Shown here in pieces: positions 1 through 8,910 of a stretch of DNA of 63,913 nucleotides (its first letter is position 1; each line of letters opens with the position of its first letter). Origin of the DNA: an uncultured Anaerolineae bacterium (lineage in GTDB: Bacteria > Chloroflexota > Anaerolineae > Anaerolineales > Villigracilaceae); contig CAIWAX010000251.1 of the NCBI GenBank assembly GCA_903910795.1, positions 1-63,913 on the forward strand, in the 5' to 3' direction. The position numbers were made by a program, and so were the translations under genes. The notes under the pieces were generated by a model that searched no databases, had not been told where the DNA came from, and worked only from the letters and a program-made list of their open reading frames with translations.

Positions 1-247
1 CAAGCCAGAAACAAGCAATTCACAGGCAACTTCCCTGGCGCAACATAGCCCAGTGGGTTTGTGACCGCAAAGGATATATGTTCGTACTAAAACTTCTAAT
101 TGGGTTAAAATATATTCCTGATGGATTGAAAAATGACATCTGTTCACCACGGGCTCATCTTGAACCCCGCCTTCACACCCAATTTCTTCGGCTCTGACCT
201 CCTTACCGGAATCCAGGCCACCCGCTTTACAGTTTAAAGGAGAAAAA

Positions 248-1144
248 ATGAAAATCGGTCTACAAATTCCCAACTTCACCTGGCCCGGAGGCCCCGCCGC
301 CATCGCCTCCACTCTGAAAGATATCGTCCAGACCGCCGATGATGCCGGTTTTGCCAGCATCTGGGTCATGGATCATTTTTTCCAGATCGGCGGCCCCGAC
401 CGCGTCATGCTCGGCCCCGCCGAAGATGAAATGCTGGAAGGCTACTCCACCCTCAACTACATCGCTGCCCTCACCCAAAAAGCAAAACTCGGCACCATGG
501 TGACGGGGGTCATCTACCGCCAGCCCGGCCTCCTCATCAAGACTGTCACCACGCTGGATGTGCTCTCCGGCGGCCGCGCCTACTTCGGCGTTGGCGCGGC
601 CTGGTTCGAACGCGAAGCCCTGGGCCTCGGCGTGCCCTACCCTCCCATTTCCGAACGCTTCGAACGCCTGGAGGAAACTCTCCAGATCGCCCTGCAGATG
701 TGGTCAGAAACCATCGCCCCCTTTAACGGCAAATATTATCACCTCAACGAAACCCTTAACCACCCCCAATCCCTGCAACGCCCGCACCCCCCCATCCTGA
801 TCGGCGGCTCCGGTGAAAAGAAAACCCTGCGCCTGGTCGCCCAATATGCTGACGCCTGCAACCTCTTTGCCTGGGGCGGCCCCGAAGCCATCCAGGCCAA
901 ACTCGATGTTCTCAAACAGCACTGCGACACCCTGGGCCGTGACTATAACACCATTGAAAAGACCACCCTTTCGACTGCCAACCTCTCCCCCAGCGGTCAG
1001 ACACCCGCCGAGATCATCGCTCAATGCCAGGCCCTCGCCAAAATCGGCGTTCAGCACGTCATCTTCAACATGCCCAATACGCAGGACATCACGCCCCTCG
1101 AGACCTTTGCCAAAGAAATCATCCCAGCTGTGACTGCCTTCTAA
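248..1144 (+). CDS. LLM-class (luciferase-like) F420-dependent oxidoreductase
   Basis: 298-aa ORF with SD-like 'aaaggag' just upstream. Motifs 'ASIWVMDHF', 'GRAYFGVGAAWFE' and 'PPILIGGSGEKKTLRLVAQYAD' are typical of the luciferase-like monooxygenase / F420-dependent oxidoreductase fold. Confidence 0.8.
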   Translation: MKIGLQIPNFTWPGGPAAIASTLKDIVQTADDAGFASIWVMDHFFQIGGPDRVMLGPAEDEMLEGYSTLNYIAALTQKAKLGTMVTGVIYRQPGLLIKTVTTLDVLSGGRAYFGVGAAWFEREALGLGVPYPPISERFERLEETLQIALQMWSETIAPFNGKYYHLNETLNHPQSLQRPHPPILIGGSGEKKTLRLVAQYADACNLFAWGGPEAIQAKLDVLKQHCDTLGRDYNTIEKTTLSTANLSPSGQTPAEIIAQCQALAKIGVQHVIFNMPNTQDITPLETFAKEIIPAVTAF

Positions 1145-1411
1145 CCCCGAGGCCTCATTATCCCAAACTTCCGAATAGCCCGATACCGGCGGAATTCGGA
1201 AGTTTGGCTATTAATTACCTGTTGTCAATACCTTCCTTGTCAAAATGGTAAAAAATGAAGGTTCAGGTTCCTGCGCAACGCTCCTGAAGCCTGGCAAATC
1301 GAATCTTCTACGGTGCAGCGCAAATCAAAATCCCGTTACTGACACCCGAAAGATGTATACTAATCATGTAAAATCGCACCTTGTAAAAATCCAAAAACAA
1401 GATATACTATA

Positions 1412-1429
1412 TTGTGAATATTTTCACAA
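1412..1429. promoter_or_regulatory. CRP/FNR-type palindrome TTGTGA-N6-TCACAA
   Basis: Read directly: ttGTGAatatttTCACaa, with a perfect TGTGA-N6-TCACA core, 20 nt upstream of the ATG at 1449. A second copy lies at 4876-4893. Confidence 0.4.
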
Positions 1430-1448
1430 ACGAACAGGAACAAATTCA

Positions 1449-1976
1449 ATGGAAACTATGACAGCAACCGAACTCATCGCCGCCTTCCAGGCTGGGCGAA
1501 TCGACTTTACTGGACAGGAACTCCAGGGTATCAAACTCCGCGGCGCTCACCTCAACGGCATCATCCTGGACGGCGCCGACCTCCGCGACTCGGACCTCTC
1601 CGGTAGCAGCCTCTTCAAAGCCTCCCTGCGCGGCGCCATGCTCAACCGCGCTCACCTCGGCATTCTCCACGATAACGATATCGACCCCAACCTCGATGAA
1701 ATCGACATGGAACTCGGCTGTGTAGATCTTGCACAGGCCGATCTTACCGGCGTATTCCTCAACAACGCCCACCTCTTCCGCGCCAACCTGCGCGGCGCCA
1801 TCCTCCAAAACGCCGATCTGCGCGGCGCCGTCCTCCGCCAGGCTGACCTGTCTGGCGCGGATCTCACTGGCGCCAACTTTTCCAGCGCCGATCTCACCGA
1901 AGCCCACCTCAACCTCGAAACCCTCAAAACCGCAAACACCACCAACGCCACCCTCAAAGACATCCAAAATGTGTAA
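1449..1976 (+). CDS. Pentapeptide-repeat protein
   Basis: Repeated A(D/N)LxG pentads ('GAHLNGIILDGADLRDSDLSGSSLFKASLRGAMLNRAHL', 'NAHLFRANLRGAILQNADLRGAVLRQADLSGADLTGANFSSADLTEAHL'). The ORF track starts at 1245. I chose the internal ATG at 1449 (METMTATEL...) because the upstream extension is low-complexity and AT-rich. Confidence 0.85.
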   Translation: METMTATELIAAFQAGRIDFTGQELQGIKLRGAHLNGIILDGADLRDSDLSGSSLFKASLRGAMLNRAHLGILHDNDIDPNLDEIDMELGCVDLAQADLTGVFLNNAHLFRANLRGAILQNADLRGAVLRQADLSGADLTGANFSSADLTEAHLNLETLKTANTTNATLKDIQNV

Positions 1977-2058
1977 TCCAGGATCCAACCCGGGCTGTCA
2001 ACACGCATGTGTTGTTTTAGCACCCAAATTTAGCTGCTAAAACGCCTAAAAAAACGCT

Positions 2059-2083
2059 GGGGGGAATATGGGTCCCCCTTTTC
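2059..2083 (+). terminator. Putative intrinsic terminator after the pentapeptide-repeat gene
   Basis: GGGGGA-atatggg-TCCCCC hairpin followed by TTTT. Confidence 0.4.
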
Positions 2084-2198
2084 TGAAATTTCAATGCGTG
2101 CGAGATCACTAAAATCATGCTTGCATTATCCCGAAAACCCTCAGCGGGGTCATAAAATCAGATAAAACAAACTAATATTGGTACAGGAGCACTCATCC

Positions 2199-2579
2199 AT
2201 GAACGTTCAGGAAATGATCAAAATCGTCAACGGCACCCTCCTCACCCCTCAGGCCACCCTCACCCGCGAAGTCAAAGGCGGCTGTGGCGCAGATCTGATG
2301 AGCGACGTTCTCGCCTCCATCAAACCCGAAGCAGTCCTCCTGACTGGACTCTGCAACATCCAGGTAGTCCGTACCGCCCAAATGGCGGATGTCTGCGCCA
2401 TCGTCTTCGTCCGCGGCAAAATGCCCGCAACAGACACGATTGAACTTGCCGCCGAAGAAAACATCCCGCTCATCACCAGTCCCTTCGGCACCTTTGAACT
2501 CTGCGGCCGTCTCTACAAGGCCGGCCTTCACAGCTTTGAATCCGTCATCCCGTCGGACAACCAAAACCGGCAGCCATGA
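2199..2579 (+). CDS. DRTGG-domain protein
   Basis: MNVQEMIKIVNG...'GGCGADLMSDVLA'...'LLTGLCNIQVVRTA' resembles the DRTGG domain seen in hydrogenase-linked signalling cassettes. ATG at 2199 is preceded by 'aggag'. The stop overlaps the next start (ATGA). Confidence 0.75.
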   Translation: MNVQEMIKIVNGTLLTPQATLTREVKGGCGADLMSDVLASIKPEAVLLTGLCNIQVVRTAQMADVCAIVFVRGKMPATDTIELAAEENIPLITSPFGTFELCGRLYKAGLHSFESVIPSDNQNRQP

Positions 2580-3565
2580 CAGAATCTATCCCCATCCCCA
2601 CCCCAAAAAACCGCCCCATCACTGACCAGGACGCCCGCGAAATCAGCCGTATTGAGGAACTCTCATACGACCTGAAAGTTTCCGAAACCATGACTGGCTC
2701 GGTCAAATGCGTCACCCCCGACCAGACCCTCTCCTCCGTTCTTGAAATCCTGCGTATCAACCGCATCTCCGGCGTCCCCGTTCAGCAAAACAACAAACTC
2801 GTTGGCGTCCTTTCCATCGAAGACATCGTTCACGCCATGGAAAAGAACCAGCTCGGCGCCCCTGTGCGAGACTACATGACCCCCAACGTTGTCAGCGTCA
2901 AAATCTACGATCCCGTTTTTAAAGCCATCGAAACTTTCAGCGAGTATCGCGTTGGCCGCCTGCCTGTCGTTGACGAAAACGGCCAGCTCGTTGGCATTAT
3001 CACCAAAGGCGATATCACGCGCGGTTTTCTGAATGCCTTGCAAAAGGATTACAAAGTTGAAGAAATCCGCCGCTACCGTGCCAGCCATCTCTTCGAAGAC
3101 ATCACCTCTGATCGAACCTCTCTCATCCTCCGTTACAACATCAAAGCCCGCGACTACGTCAACGGCGGCAAAGCCTCCAGCAACATCAAACGCGCCCTCT
3201 TGCGCCTCGGCGCCAGCCCCCAACTTGCCCGCCAATGCGGCATTGCCATCTACGAAGCCGAAATCAACCTCATCATCCACTCTGACAATGGCGGCATCAT
3301 CCGCGTTCAGATCGAACCGGAACGCATCCTCATGCAAACCACCGACACCGGCCCCGGCATCAAAGATGTCAAACTTGCACTTCAGGCTGGCTGGTCCACC
3401 GCCACCCAGGAAGCCCGTGACATGGGCTTCGGCGCCGGGATGGGCCTTGTGAACATCCGCCGCTGCGTCGACCGAATGGAACTCGAATCCACCCCCGGCA
3501 AAGGCACCAAACTTTTCATGGAAATCAACCTGAAAGACAACGAACGCTTCAAAGAAGAAACTTGA
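2576..3565 (+). CDS. CBS-pair + HATPase_c-like (anti-sigma-regulatory-factor-type Ser/Thr kinase) protein
   Basis: The N-terminal half has two CBS motifs ('ISGVPVQQNNKLVGVLSIEDIVHAM', 'VGRLPVVDENGQLVGIITKGDITR'). The C-terminal half has a GHKL ATPase-like 'DTGPGIKD...GFGAGMGL...GKGTKL'. Confidence 0.75.
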   Translation: MTESIPIPTPKNRPITDQDAREISRIEELSYDLKVSETMTGSVKCVTPDQTLSSVLEILRINRISGVPVQQNNKLVGVLSIEDIVHAMEKNQLGAPVRDYMTPNVVSVKIYDPVFKAIETFSEYRVGRLPVVDENGQLVGIITKGDITRGFLNALQKDYKVEEIRRYRASHLFEDITSDRTSLILRYNIKARDYVNGGKASSNIKRALLRLGASPQLARQCGIAIYEAEINLIIHSDNGGIIRVQIEPERILMQTTDTGPGIKDVKLALQAGWSTATQEARDMGFGAGMGLVNIRRCVDRMELESTPGKGTKLFMEINLKDNERFKEET

Positions 3566-3596
3566 ACCGAGCCCACCATCCCTGGCCTTCAGCCAA

Positions 3597-3620
3597 ATGG
3601 AAAGTACCCATAAGTTCAGT
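3597..3620 (+). repeat. Dispersed 24-nt motif, copy 1 (ATGGAAAGTACCCATAAGTTCAGT)
   Basis: Exact match to the copy at 50222-50245 (minus). Lies 43 nt upstream of the DRTGG-2 ATG and is co-oriented with it. Confidence 0.8.
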
Positions 3621-3663
3621 AACAAACATTCCAGCACACCATCCCGCCCGAAAGGAATCTCCC

Positions 3664-4002
3664 ATGAATCTCCAAGAAATCATCCAAAAGCTCGACCTAA
3701 AACTCCTCACCACTTCCCAAGACTTTCAAAACACCATCCCCACCGGCGGCTATTCCTCTGACCTGCTCTCCTGCGTTATGGCCGGAGCCAAACCCGGCAA
3801 CCTCTGGATCACCCTCCAGGCCCACATCAACATCGTTGCCGTTGCCGCCCTCGGCGACATCGCTGCCATTATCATCACCGAAAACGCCCTGCCCCCCGAA
3901 GACGTCATCGAAAAAGCCAACCAGCAAAACGTCACACTTCTCTCCACCCCCCTCGGCAACTACCAGATCGCCGGTCAACTCTGGGATCTCGGCCTCTGGT
4001 AA
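3664..4002 (+). CDS. DRTGG-domain protein (second copy)
   Basis: MNLQEIIQKLDL...'GGYSSDLLSCVMA'...'ITLQAHINIVAVAAL' is paralogous to 2199-2579. I preferred the ATG at 3664 with 'aaaggaa' upstream. The longer ORF-track start at 3562 runs through the 24-nt repeat. Confidence 0.75.
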   Translation: MNLQEIIQKLDLKLLTTSQDFQNTIPTGGYSSDLLSCVMAGAKPGNLWITLQAHINIVAVAALGDIAAIIITENALPPEDVIEKANQQNVTLLSTPLGNYQIAGQLWDLGLW

Positions 4003-4037
4003 GGGCGCCTGGCATGGAAGGTAGGTCACCTCACTTC

Positions 4038-4772
4038 ATGCAAACCTACCGCGCCGAACTCCACGTTCACACCGTCCTCTCTCCCTGCGCCGCAATCGAG
4101 ATGATACCCCCATTAATCGTGGAACAAGCTCTCCAACTCGGCATACACCTCCTGGCCATCACAGACCACAACGCCAGCGCCAATGCCAGCGCAGTTATCC
4201 AGGCCGCCCGCGGCACACCCCTTCACATCCTGCCCGGCATGGAACTCCAGACCCGTGAAGAAACCCACCTTCTCTGCCTCTTCGATACCCTTGACCAGCT
4301 CAACACCTGGCAGACCATCGTAGACAACCACCTCCCCAACATCCCCAACAACATCGATTACTTCGGGGAACAATTCATCGTCGATCACCAGGGCGAATTC
4401 ATCCGCCGTGAAAACCGCCTCCTCCTCAACTCCGTCAACCTTACCCTCCAGCAAGCCACAGCCCACATCAACAACCTTGGCGGCCTCCCCATCCCAGCCC
4501 ACGTCGATCGCAAAGCCAATGGCCTCATCGAAACCCTGGGCCTCATTCCACCTGGTTTTGAAGCCCTTGAAATCTCCCGCCATCTCAGCCCCGAAAGCGC
4601 CCGCCTCAAATACCCCCAGCTAAAAGACTACCCCCTCATCCAGAGCGGCGATGTGCATCACATTGACGACTTCCTCGGCAGCACGTTCCTCACCCTGACT
4701 GCCCCCACCATTCCCGAAATTCGCCTCGCTCTCACTTCCCAAAACGGCCGCTCCCTGCGCGTCACCCACTGA
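4038..4772 (+). CDS. PHP-domain (polymerase/histidinol-phosphatase-like) metal-dependent phosphoesterase
   Basis: 'AELHVHTVLSPCA', 'LLAITDHNA' and 'IPAHVDR' match PHP metal-ligand motifs. Confidence 0.75.
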   Translation: MQTYRAELHVHTVLSPCAAIEMIPPLIVEQALQLGIHLLAITDHNASANASAVIQAARGTPLHILPGMELQTREETHLLCLFDTLDQLNTWQTIVDNHLPNIPNNIDYFGEQFIVDHQGEFIRRENRLLLNSVNLTLQQATAHINNLGGLPIPAHVDRKANGLIETLGLIPPGFEALEISRHLSPESARLKYPQLKDYPLIQSGDVHHIDDFLGSTFLTLTAPTIPEIRLALTSQNGRSLRVTH

Positions 4773-4793
4773 CCCTGTCACACACACACTGCA

Positions 4794-4829
4794 CCTGACA
4801 CCTGACACCTGACAGCCGCATACCTGACA
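4794..4829. repeat. Heptamer microsatellite (ACCTGAC x3 tandem + 1 spaced copy), preceded by (AC)5
   Basis: Read directly: acctgac acctgac acctgac agccgcat acctgac, in the intergenic region after the PHP gene. Confidence 0.7.
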
Positions 4830-4870
4830 TTTGTTAGTTGACTTCCCTCCTAACCCAGTGTAAACTTGCA

Positions 4871-4898
4871 TATAATTGTGAAAATATTCACAATTATA
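4871..4898. promoter_or_regulatory. 28-bp palindrome containing CRP/FNR-type TGTGA-N6-TCACA
   Basis: TATAATTGTGAA-aata-TTCACAATTATA has 12-bp perfect arms, with core TGTGAaaatatTCACA. It ends 38 nt upstream of the NuoE-like ATG at 4937. Confidence 0.45.
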
Positions 4899-4936
4899 AT
4901 AAAAACGAATATATAAATAAGCGGAGCTTATTCAAC

Positions 4937-5440
4937 ATGGACAATCCAACAGGCATACAACAAACACAAGAAATTTGCGAAAACAAAAGAGCCATTATCG
5001 ACCAGATCATCGCCGAAAACCAGAACCGTCCCGGTGCCATGATGGTCGTTCTCAATGAAACCCAGGGAAAAATCGGCTACATCTCGCCCGCCATGCAAAA
5101 ATACATTGCCAAGAAACTGCGCGTACCCGTTGGCGCAGTTCATGGAGTCGTCACCTTCTACTCCTTCTTCACCACCGAACCCCGCGGTAAACACACTATG
5201 AAATTTTGCATGGGCACCGCCTGCTACGTTGGAGGCATCCCCCAACTCATGGAAAAAGCGAAACAGATCACTGGCACAGAAATCGGCAAAACCACCGCTG
5301 ATGGCAACCTGACCATGGAAATCTGCCGCTGCGTTGGTGCCTGTTCGCAGGCCCCCGTCGTTACTGTCGATGATGAAGTCATCGGCCATATTAAGCCCAA
5401 CAAATTCCCGGCCCTCATCAAAAAGCTTCTTGAAAGCTGA
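4937..5440 (+). CDS. NuoE/HndA/HydC-like [2Fe-2S] subunit (diaphorase module 1)
   Basis: 'FCMGTACYVGG...EICRCVGACSQAPVVTVDD' is the thioredoxin-like [2Fe-2S] four-Cys pattern of the NuoE family. Internal ATG at 4937 (MDNPTG...) chosen. Confidence 0.85.
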   Translation: MDNPTGIQQTQEICENKRAIIDQIIAENQNRPGAMMVVLNETQGKIGYISPAMQKYIAKKLRVPVGAVHGVVTFYSFFTTEPRGKHTMKFCMGTACYVGGIPQLMEKAKQITGTEIGKTTADGNLTMEICRCVGACSQAPVVTVDDEVIGHIKPNKFPALIKKLLES

Positions 5441-5461
5441 CACACGCCCCACCCGCGCAAT

Positions 5462-6025
5462 ATGAGAGAAATCGCCCTCCACCTGCTCGACCTTGCCGAA
5501 AACAGCGTTTCCGCTGGCGCCAAAACCATCGTCATTACCGTCTGCGAAGACCTCCCCGCCGACAGGTTGACCGCCAGCATCCAGGACGACGGCCGCGGCA
5601 TGGATGCAGAAACCATCCGCAAAGTCACCGACCCCTTCTACACCAGTCGGACAACTCGCAAAGTCGGCCTGGGCATCCCGCTCCTCAAAGGCGCCGCAGA
5701 AGAATCCAACGGCTCTATGAGCATCACTTCCACGCTCGGGCAGGGCACTCTCGTCCAGGTAACCTTCCAGCACTCCCACATCGACCGCATGCCCCTGGGA
5801 GACTTGCCCGAAACTTTCCTCGAACTCACCGTTGGGCACCCAGACACACACTGGATTTTTCACTACACGGCCCGCGGCCCATCCCATCAGGACACCTTCG
5901 AGTTTGACGATCAACCTGTCAAAGACATGCTCACCGGTGTTCCCCTGACCCACCCTGACGTTCTCGCCTACCTTCGCCATCACCTGGAAGACGGCATCCG
6001 GGAAACCAGCCAGGCACTGCAATAA
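5462..6025 (+). CDS. GHKL (HATPase_c-like) ATP-binding protein
   Basis: 'HLLDLAENSVSAGA', 'DDGRGMD' and 'GLGIPLLKGAAE' match the N-, G1- and G2-box motifs. This small protein is commonly inserted between NuoE-like and NuoF-like genes in HydABC/Hnd-type operons. Confidence 0.7.
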   Translation: MREIALHLLDLAENSVSAGAKTIVITVCEDLPADRLTASIQDDGRGMDAETIRKVTDPFYTSRTTRKVGLGIPLLKGAAEESNGSMSITSTLGQGTLVQVTFQHSHIDRMPLGDLPETFLELTVGHPDTHWIFHYTARGPSHQDTFEFDDQPVKDMLTGVPLTHPDVLAYLRHHLEDGIRETSQALQ

Positions 6026-6100
6026 ACTTATCAACCATCACCCCTATCAGAAGACACTGCCCCAGGCTCCGTCCCGGCAGATGTACCCAAGGAGAATAAT

Positions 6101-6469
6101 ATGCCAACCGTAAAATCACTCGAAGACCTCAAGCGGATCCGTGAAGAGGCCCTGCAGAAGCGCGAGATTAAATCCACCCCCGGCAGCGTCCAGATCATCG
6201 TTGGGATGGGCACTCCCGGCATTGCCGCCGGCGCCCGCGAAACCTTGAAAGCCATTTTGAGTTTCATTGAAGAACAACACCTGACCAATATAACAGTCCG
6301 CCAGACCGGCAATATCGGCATGGATTCCTGGGAGCCAATCGTTCAGGTCCAATCTGCCGAAAATGCAGTTGTAACCTATGGCAAAGTCACTCCTTTTGCC
6401 GCCCGTCAAATCATGGAACAACACGTGCTGGCTGGCAAGATCGTTACCGATTTCGTAATACCGGCATAG
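6101..6469 (+). CDS. HndB-like thioredoxin-fold ferredoxin domain protein with no cysteines
   Basis: 'IIVGMGTPGIAAGA...TGNIGMDSWEP' aligns to the canonical 'GMGTCGIAAGA...TGCIGMCxxEP', but all cluster Cys are replaced. The 122-aa protein contains no Cys. Confidence 0.7.
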   Translation: MPTVKSLEDLKRIREEALQKREIKSTPGSVQIIVGMGTPGIAAGARETLKAILSFIEEQHLTNITVRQTGNIGMDSWEPIVQVQSAENAVVTYGKVTPFAARQIMEQHVLAGKIVTDFVIPA

Positions 6470-6540
6470 TCCGCTTCACTTCATCGCGCCAGGCAGAAAC
6501 TACAACTGACGCTCTGACATTTACCAGGTAAGGTATTTAT

Positions 6541-8328
6541 ATGGCTTTTTATCGTTCGCATGTGCTAGTTTCAGTTGACCCGGAGTGTCTGGCAAAAGGC
6601 GCCCATGAGGTCATAGATGCTTTAAATGATGAGTTAATCGCCCAGGGCTTGCTTGATGAAGTCCAGGTGCTGGAAACCTCCCGGATTGGCGACCCATACC
6701 GGCTGGGGCCTGATATGCTCGTTTACCCCGAGAAAGAGCATTACGCCAATCTCAGCGCAGATGACATCCCCTACCTGGTGGAAGAACATTTCCTGAAAGG
6801 TCGGGTGGTTGAAAAATTCCGGGCCCAGGAAAAAGCCGTTTCTGATGAGGAACTCGGCGCTCCCAAACCCAAAGAAGTTCGTATCGTACTGCGCAACTGC
6901 GGCAAGATCGACCCGCATAATATTGAAGATTACATCGCCGAGGATGGTTACCAATCCCTTGCCAAAGTCATCAGCAGCATGACCCCAGAGCAGGTGATCG
7001 CTGAAGTCTCAAAATCCGGGTTACGCGGACGCGGCGGAGCAGGCTTCCCGGCGGCCAGGAAGTGGCAGTTATGCCGCCAGGTTCCTGATAACCCCAAATA
7101 TCTGACCTGTAACGCTGATGAAGGCGACCCGGGCGCGTTTATGAACCGCCGTGTGCTGGAAAGCGATCCGCATTCAGTTGTAGAAGGCATGATTATCGCG
7201 GCTTATGCCATTGGCGCCAGCCGCGGGTATATCTACTGCCGCGCGGAATACCCGATCGCGGTACAAAATCTAAAGATTGCCATCGCCCAGGCGCATGAAT
7301 TTGGTTTTTTGGGAGATGATATTTTTGGAACCGGTTTCTCTTTTGACCTGGAAGTGCGTATGGGCGCTGGCGCTTTTGTATGCGGTGAAGAGACCGCGTT
7401 AATCGCCTCCATTGAAGGCAAACGCGGCGAACCGCGTCCCCGCCCGCCGTTCCCGGCTGTCAAAGGTGTGTGGGGCAAGCCAACCAATAATAACAACGTA
7501 GAAACCTACGCTGTGGTACCACAGATTATTTTGAAAGGCGCCGAGTGGTATGCCAGTATGGGAACTGAAAAAAGCAAAGGCACCAAAACCTTTGCCATTG
7601 CAGGTGATGTGATCAATACCGGCTTGATCGAAGTTCCATTTGGCATCACGCTGCGCGAGGTTATTTTTGATGTGGGCGGCGGCATCAAGGATGGCAAACA
7701 GTTTAAGGCCATTCAAACCGGCGGGCCCATGGGCGGGTGTTTGACGGCCGAACAGCTCGATCTTCCGCTTGATTACGAAGCGCTGACCGCGGCCGGTTCC
7801 ATGATGGGTTCCGGCGGTCTGATTATTATGGATCATGAAACCTGCATGGTGGATATGGCCCGCTTCTTCATGGAGTTCACCCAGGATGAATCGTGCGGGA
7901 AATGCACTCCCTGCCGTGTCGGCACCCGCCGTATCCTTGAAATCCTGGAAAAAATCTGCGCTGGCGAAGGCCAACCCGGCGATCTGGAAACGCTCGAAGA
8001 TCTTTGTTACGAAGTCACTCGCAATTCCCTCTGTGGTCTTGGACAGGGTGCACCCAACCCGGTCATCAGTATGCTGAAACATTTCCGGGCAGAATACGAA
8101 GCCCACATTTATGAAAAGAAATGCCCGGCCAGAGTTTGCAAAGCCTTGATACGCTATGAAATCCAGGCGGCCGCCTGCACAGGCTGCACTGTCTGCGCGC
8201 GCAATTGCCCGGTGGAAGCCATCAACGGCGAACGACGTCAGGCACACATCATTGACGTGGATAAATGCATACGCTGCGGTATATGTGCGCAGGTTTGCAA
8301 TTTCAACGCCATCCAGGTGCTTAGTTAA
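6541..8328 (+). CDS. NuoF/HndC/HydB-like flavoprotein subunit with C-terminal 2x[4Fe-4S] ferredoxin domain (diaphorase module 1)
   Basis: FMN/NAD motifs 'GRGGAGFPAARKW' and 'CNADEGDPGAFMNR'. N3-cluster motif 'ESCGKCTPCRVG'. C-terminal 'CTGCTVCARNCP' and 'CIRCGICAQVCN'. Confidence 0.9.
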   Translation: MAFYRSHVLVSVDPECLAKGAHEVIDALNDELIAQGLLDEVQVLETSRIGDPYRLGPDMLVYPEKEHYANLSADDIPYLVEEHFLKGRVVEKFRAQEKAVSDEELGAPKPKEVRIVLRNCGKIDPHNIEDYIAEDGYQSLAKVISSMTPEQVIAEVSKSGLRGRGGAGFPAARKWQLCRQVPDNPKYLTCNADEGDPGAFMNRRVLESDPHSVVEGMIIAAYAIGASRGYIYCRAEYPIAVQNLKIAIAQAHEFGFLGDDIFGTGFSFDLEVRMGAGAFVCGEETALIASIEGKRGEPRPRPPFPAVKGVWGKPTNNNNVETYAVVPQIILKGAEWYASMGTEKSKGTKTFAIAGDVINTGLIEVPFGITLREVIFDVGGGIKDGKQFKAIQTGGPMGGCLTAEQLDLPLDYEALTAAGSMMGSGGLIIMDHETCMVDMARFFMEFTQDESCGKCTPCRVGTRRILEILEKICAGEGQPGDLETLEDLCYEVTRNSLCGLGQGAPNPVISMLKHFRAEYEAHIYEKKCPARVCKALIRYEIQAAACTGCTVCARNCPVEAINGERRQAHIIDVDKCIRCGICAQVCNFNAIQVLS

Positions 8329-8348
8329 AATATATTTACCTGTCAAAA

Positions 8349-8900
8349 ATGACAGAGGTCCGAAAGAAAAATTACAGGAGGCATTTCGTGTTAAAAATTG
8401 CAGAAACGAAAGATCTCACAGCAATTGTCGAGGCGGCTGTGATTAAACATGGCGCACATGCGGATGCCTTTGTTCCGATCCTGCTGGAAATCAACCATGA
8501 GTTTGGCTATATCCCTGGTGACGCTATTCGAATGGCCCGGAAATTTCTACATGAGTTGTATGGGAAGAACCCAGAAGAACACATCCTTGTGTCAGAAGGT
8601 CAGTTGTATGGTCTGGCATCGTTTTACCACATGCTGCACACTGAAAAAACCGGGCGACATGTCGTCCAGTTTTGCGAGTCCGCACCCTGTCATGTGCAGG
8701 GCGGGCGCGAACTTTGGAAATCCATGCAACAAAGTCTGGGGCTTGCAGCCGGTGAAACCAGCCCGGATGACCGTTTTACATTGAAGACAGTCAGTTGCCT
8801 GGGTGTATGTGGTGTTGGCCCGGTCGTTCTGGTTGATGATGATCTATACGGTAATGTCACTCCGGAACAATTGGCGGATATTTTCGCCAAATACGAATGA
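8349..8900 (+). CDS. hoxE: HoxE/NuoE-like [2Fe-2S] subunit (diaphorase module 2)
   Basis: 'VQFCESAPCHVQGG...VSCLGVCGVGPVVLVDD' is the NuoE-type four-Cys pattern. The exact start is uncertain. Confidence 0.8.
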   Translation: MTEVRKKNYRRHFVLKIAETKDLTAIVEAAVIKHGAHADAFVPILLEINHEFGYIPGDAIRMARKFLHELYGKNPEEHILVSEGQLYGLASFYHMLHTEKTGRHVVQFCESAPCHVQGGRELWKSMQQSLGLAAGETSPDDRFTLKTVSCLGVCGVGPVVLVDDDLYGNVTPEQLADIFAKYE

Positions 8901-8910
8901 GAGGCCTTGA

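Noticed and set aside
1245-1448. Upstream extension of the pentapeptide-repeat ORF (start at 1245), and similar long-start models at 3562, 4014, 4838, 23415, 25197, 36108, 54974 and 63814.
   Set aside because: The extensions run through AT-rich intergenic sequence, repeats or terminators. Internal ATGs with SD-like sequences or signal peptides/lipoboxes give more plausible N-termini. The exact starts remain unverified.
4928-6034. Long antisense ORFs opposite well-supported genes. Examples: 4928-6034(-), 2663-3637(-), 7399-8346(-), 10637-11416(-), 12632-13270(-), 14846-15601(-), 24501-25067(-), 36291-36848(-), 56696-57340(+), 62894-63799(+).
   Set aside because: Each lies fully inside a gene with clear family motifs on the other strand. 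Their translations are Gly/Ala/Val/Arg-rich with no recognisable motifs, as expected for shadow ORFs in GC-biased coding DNA.
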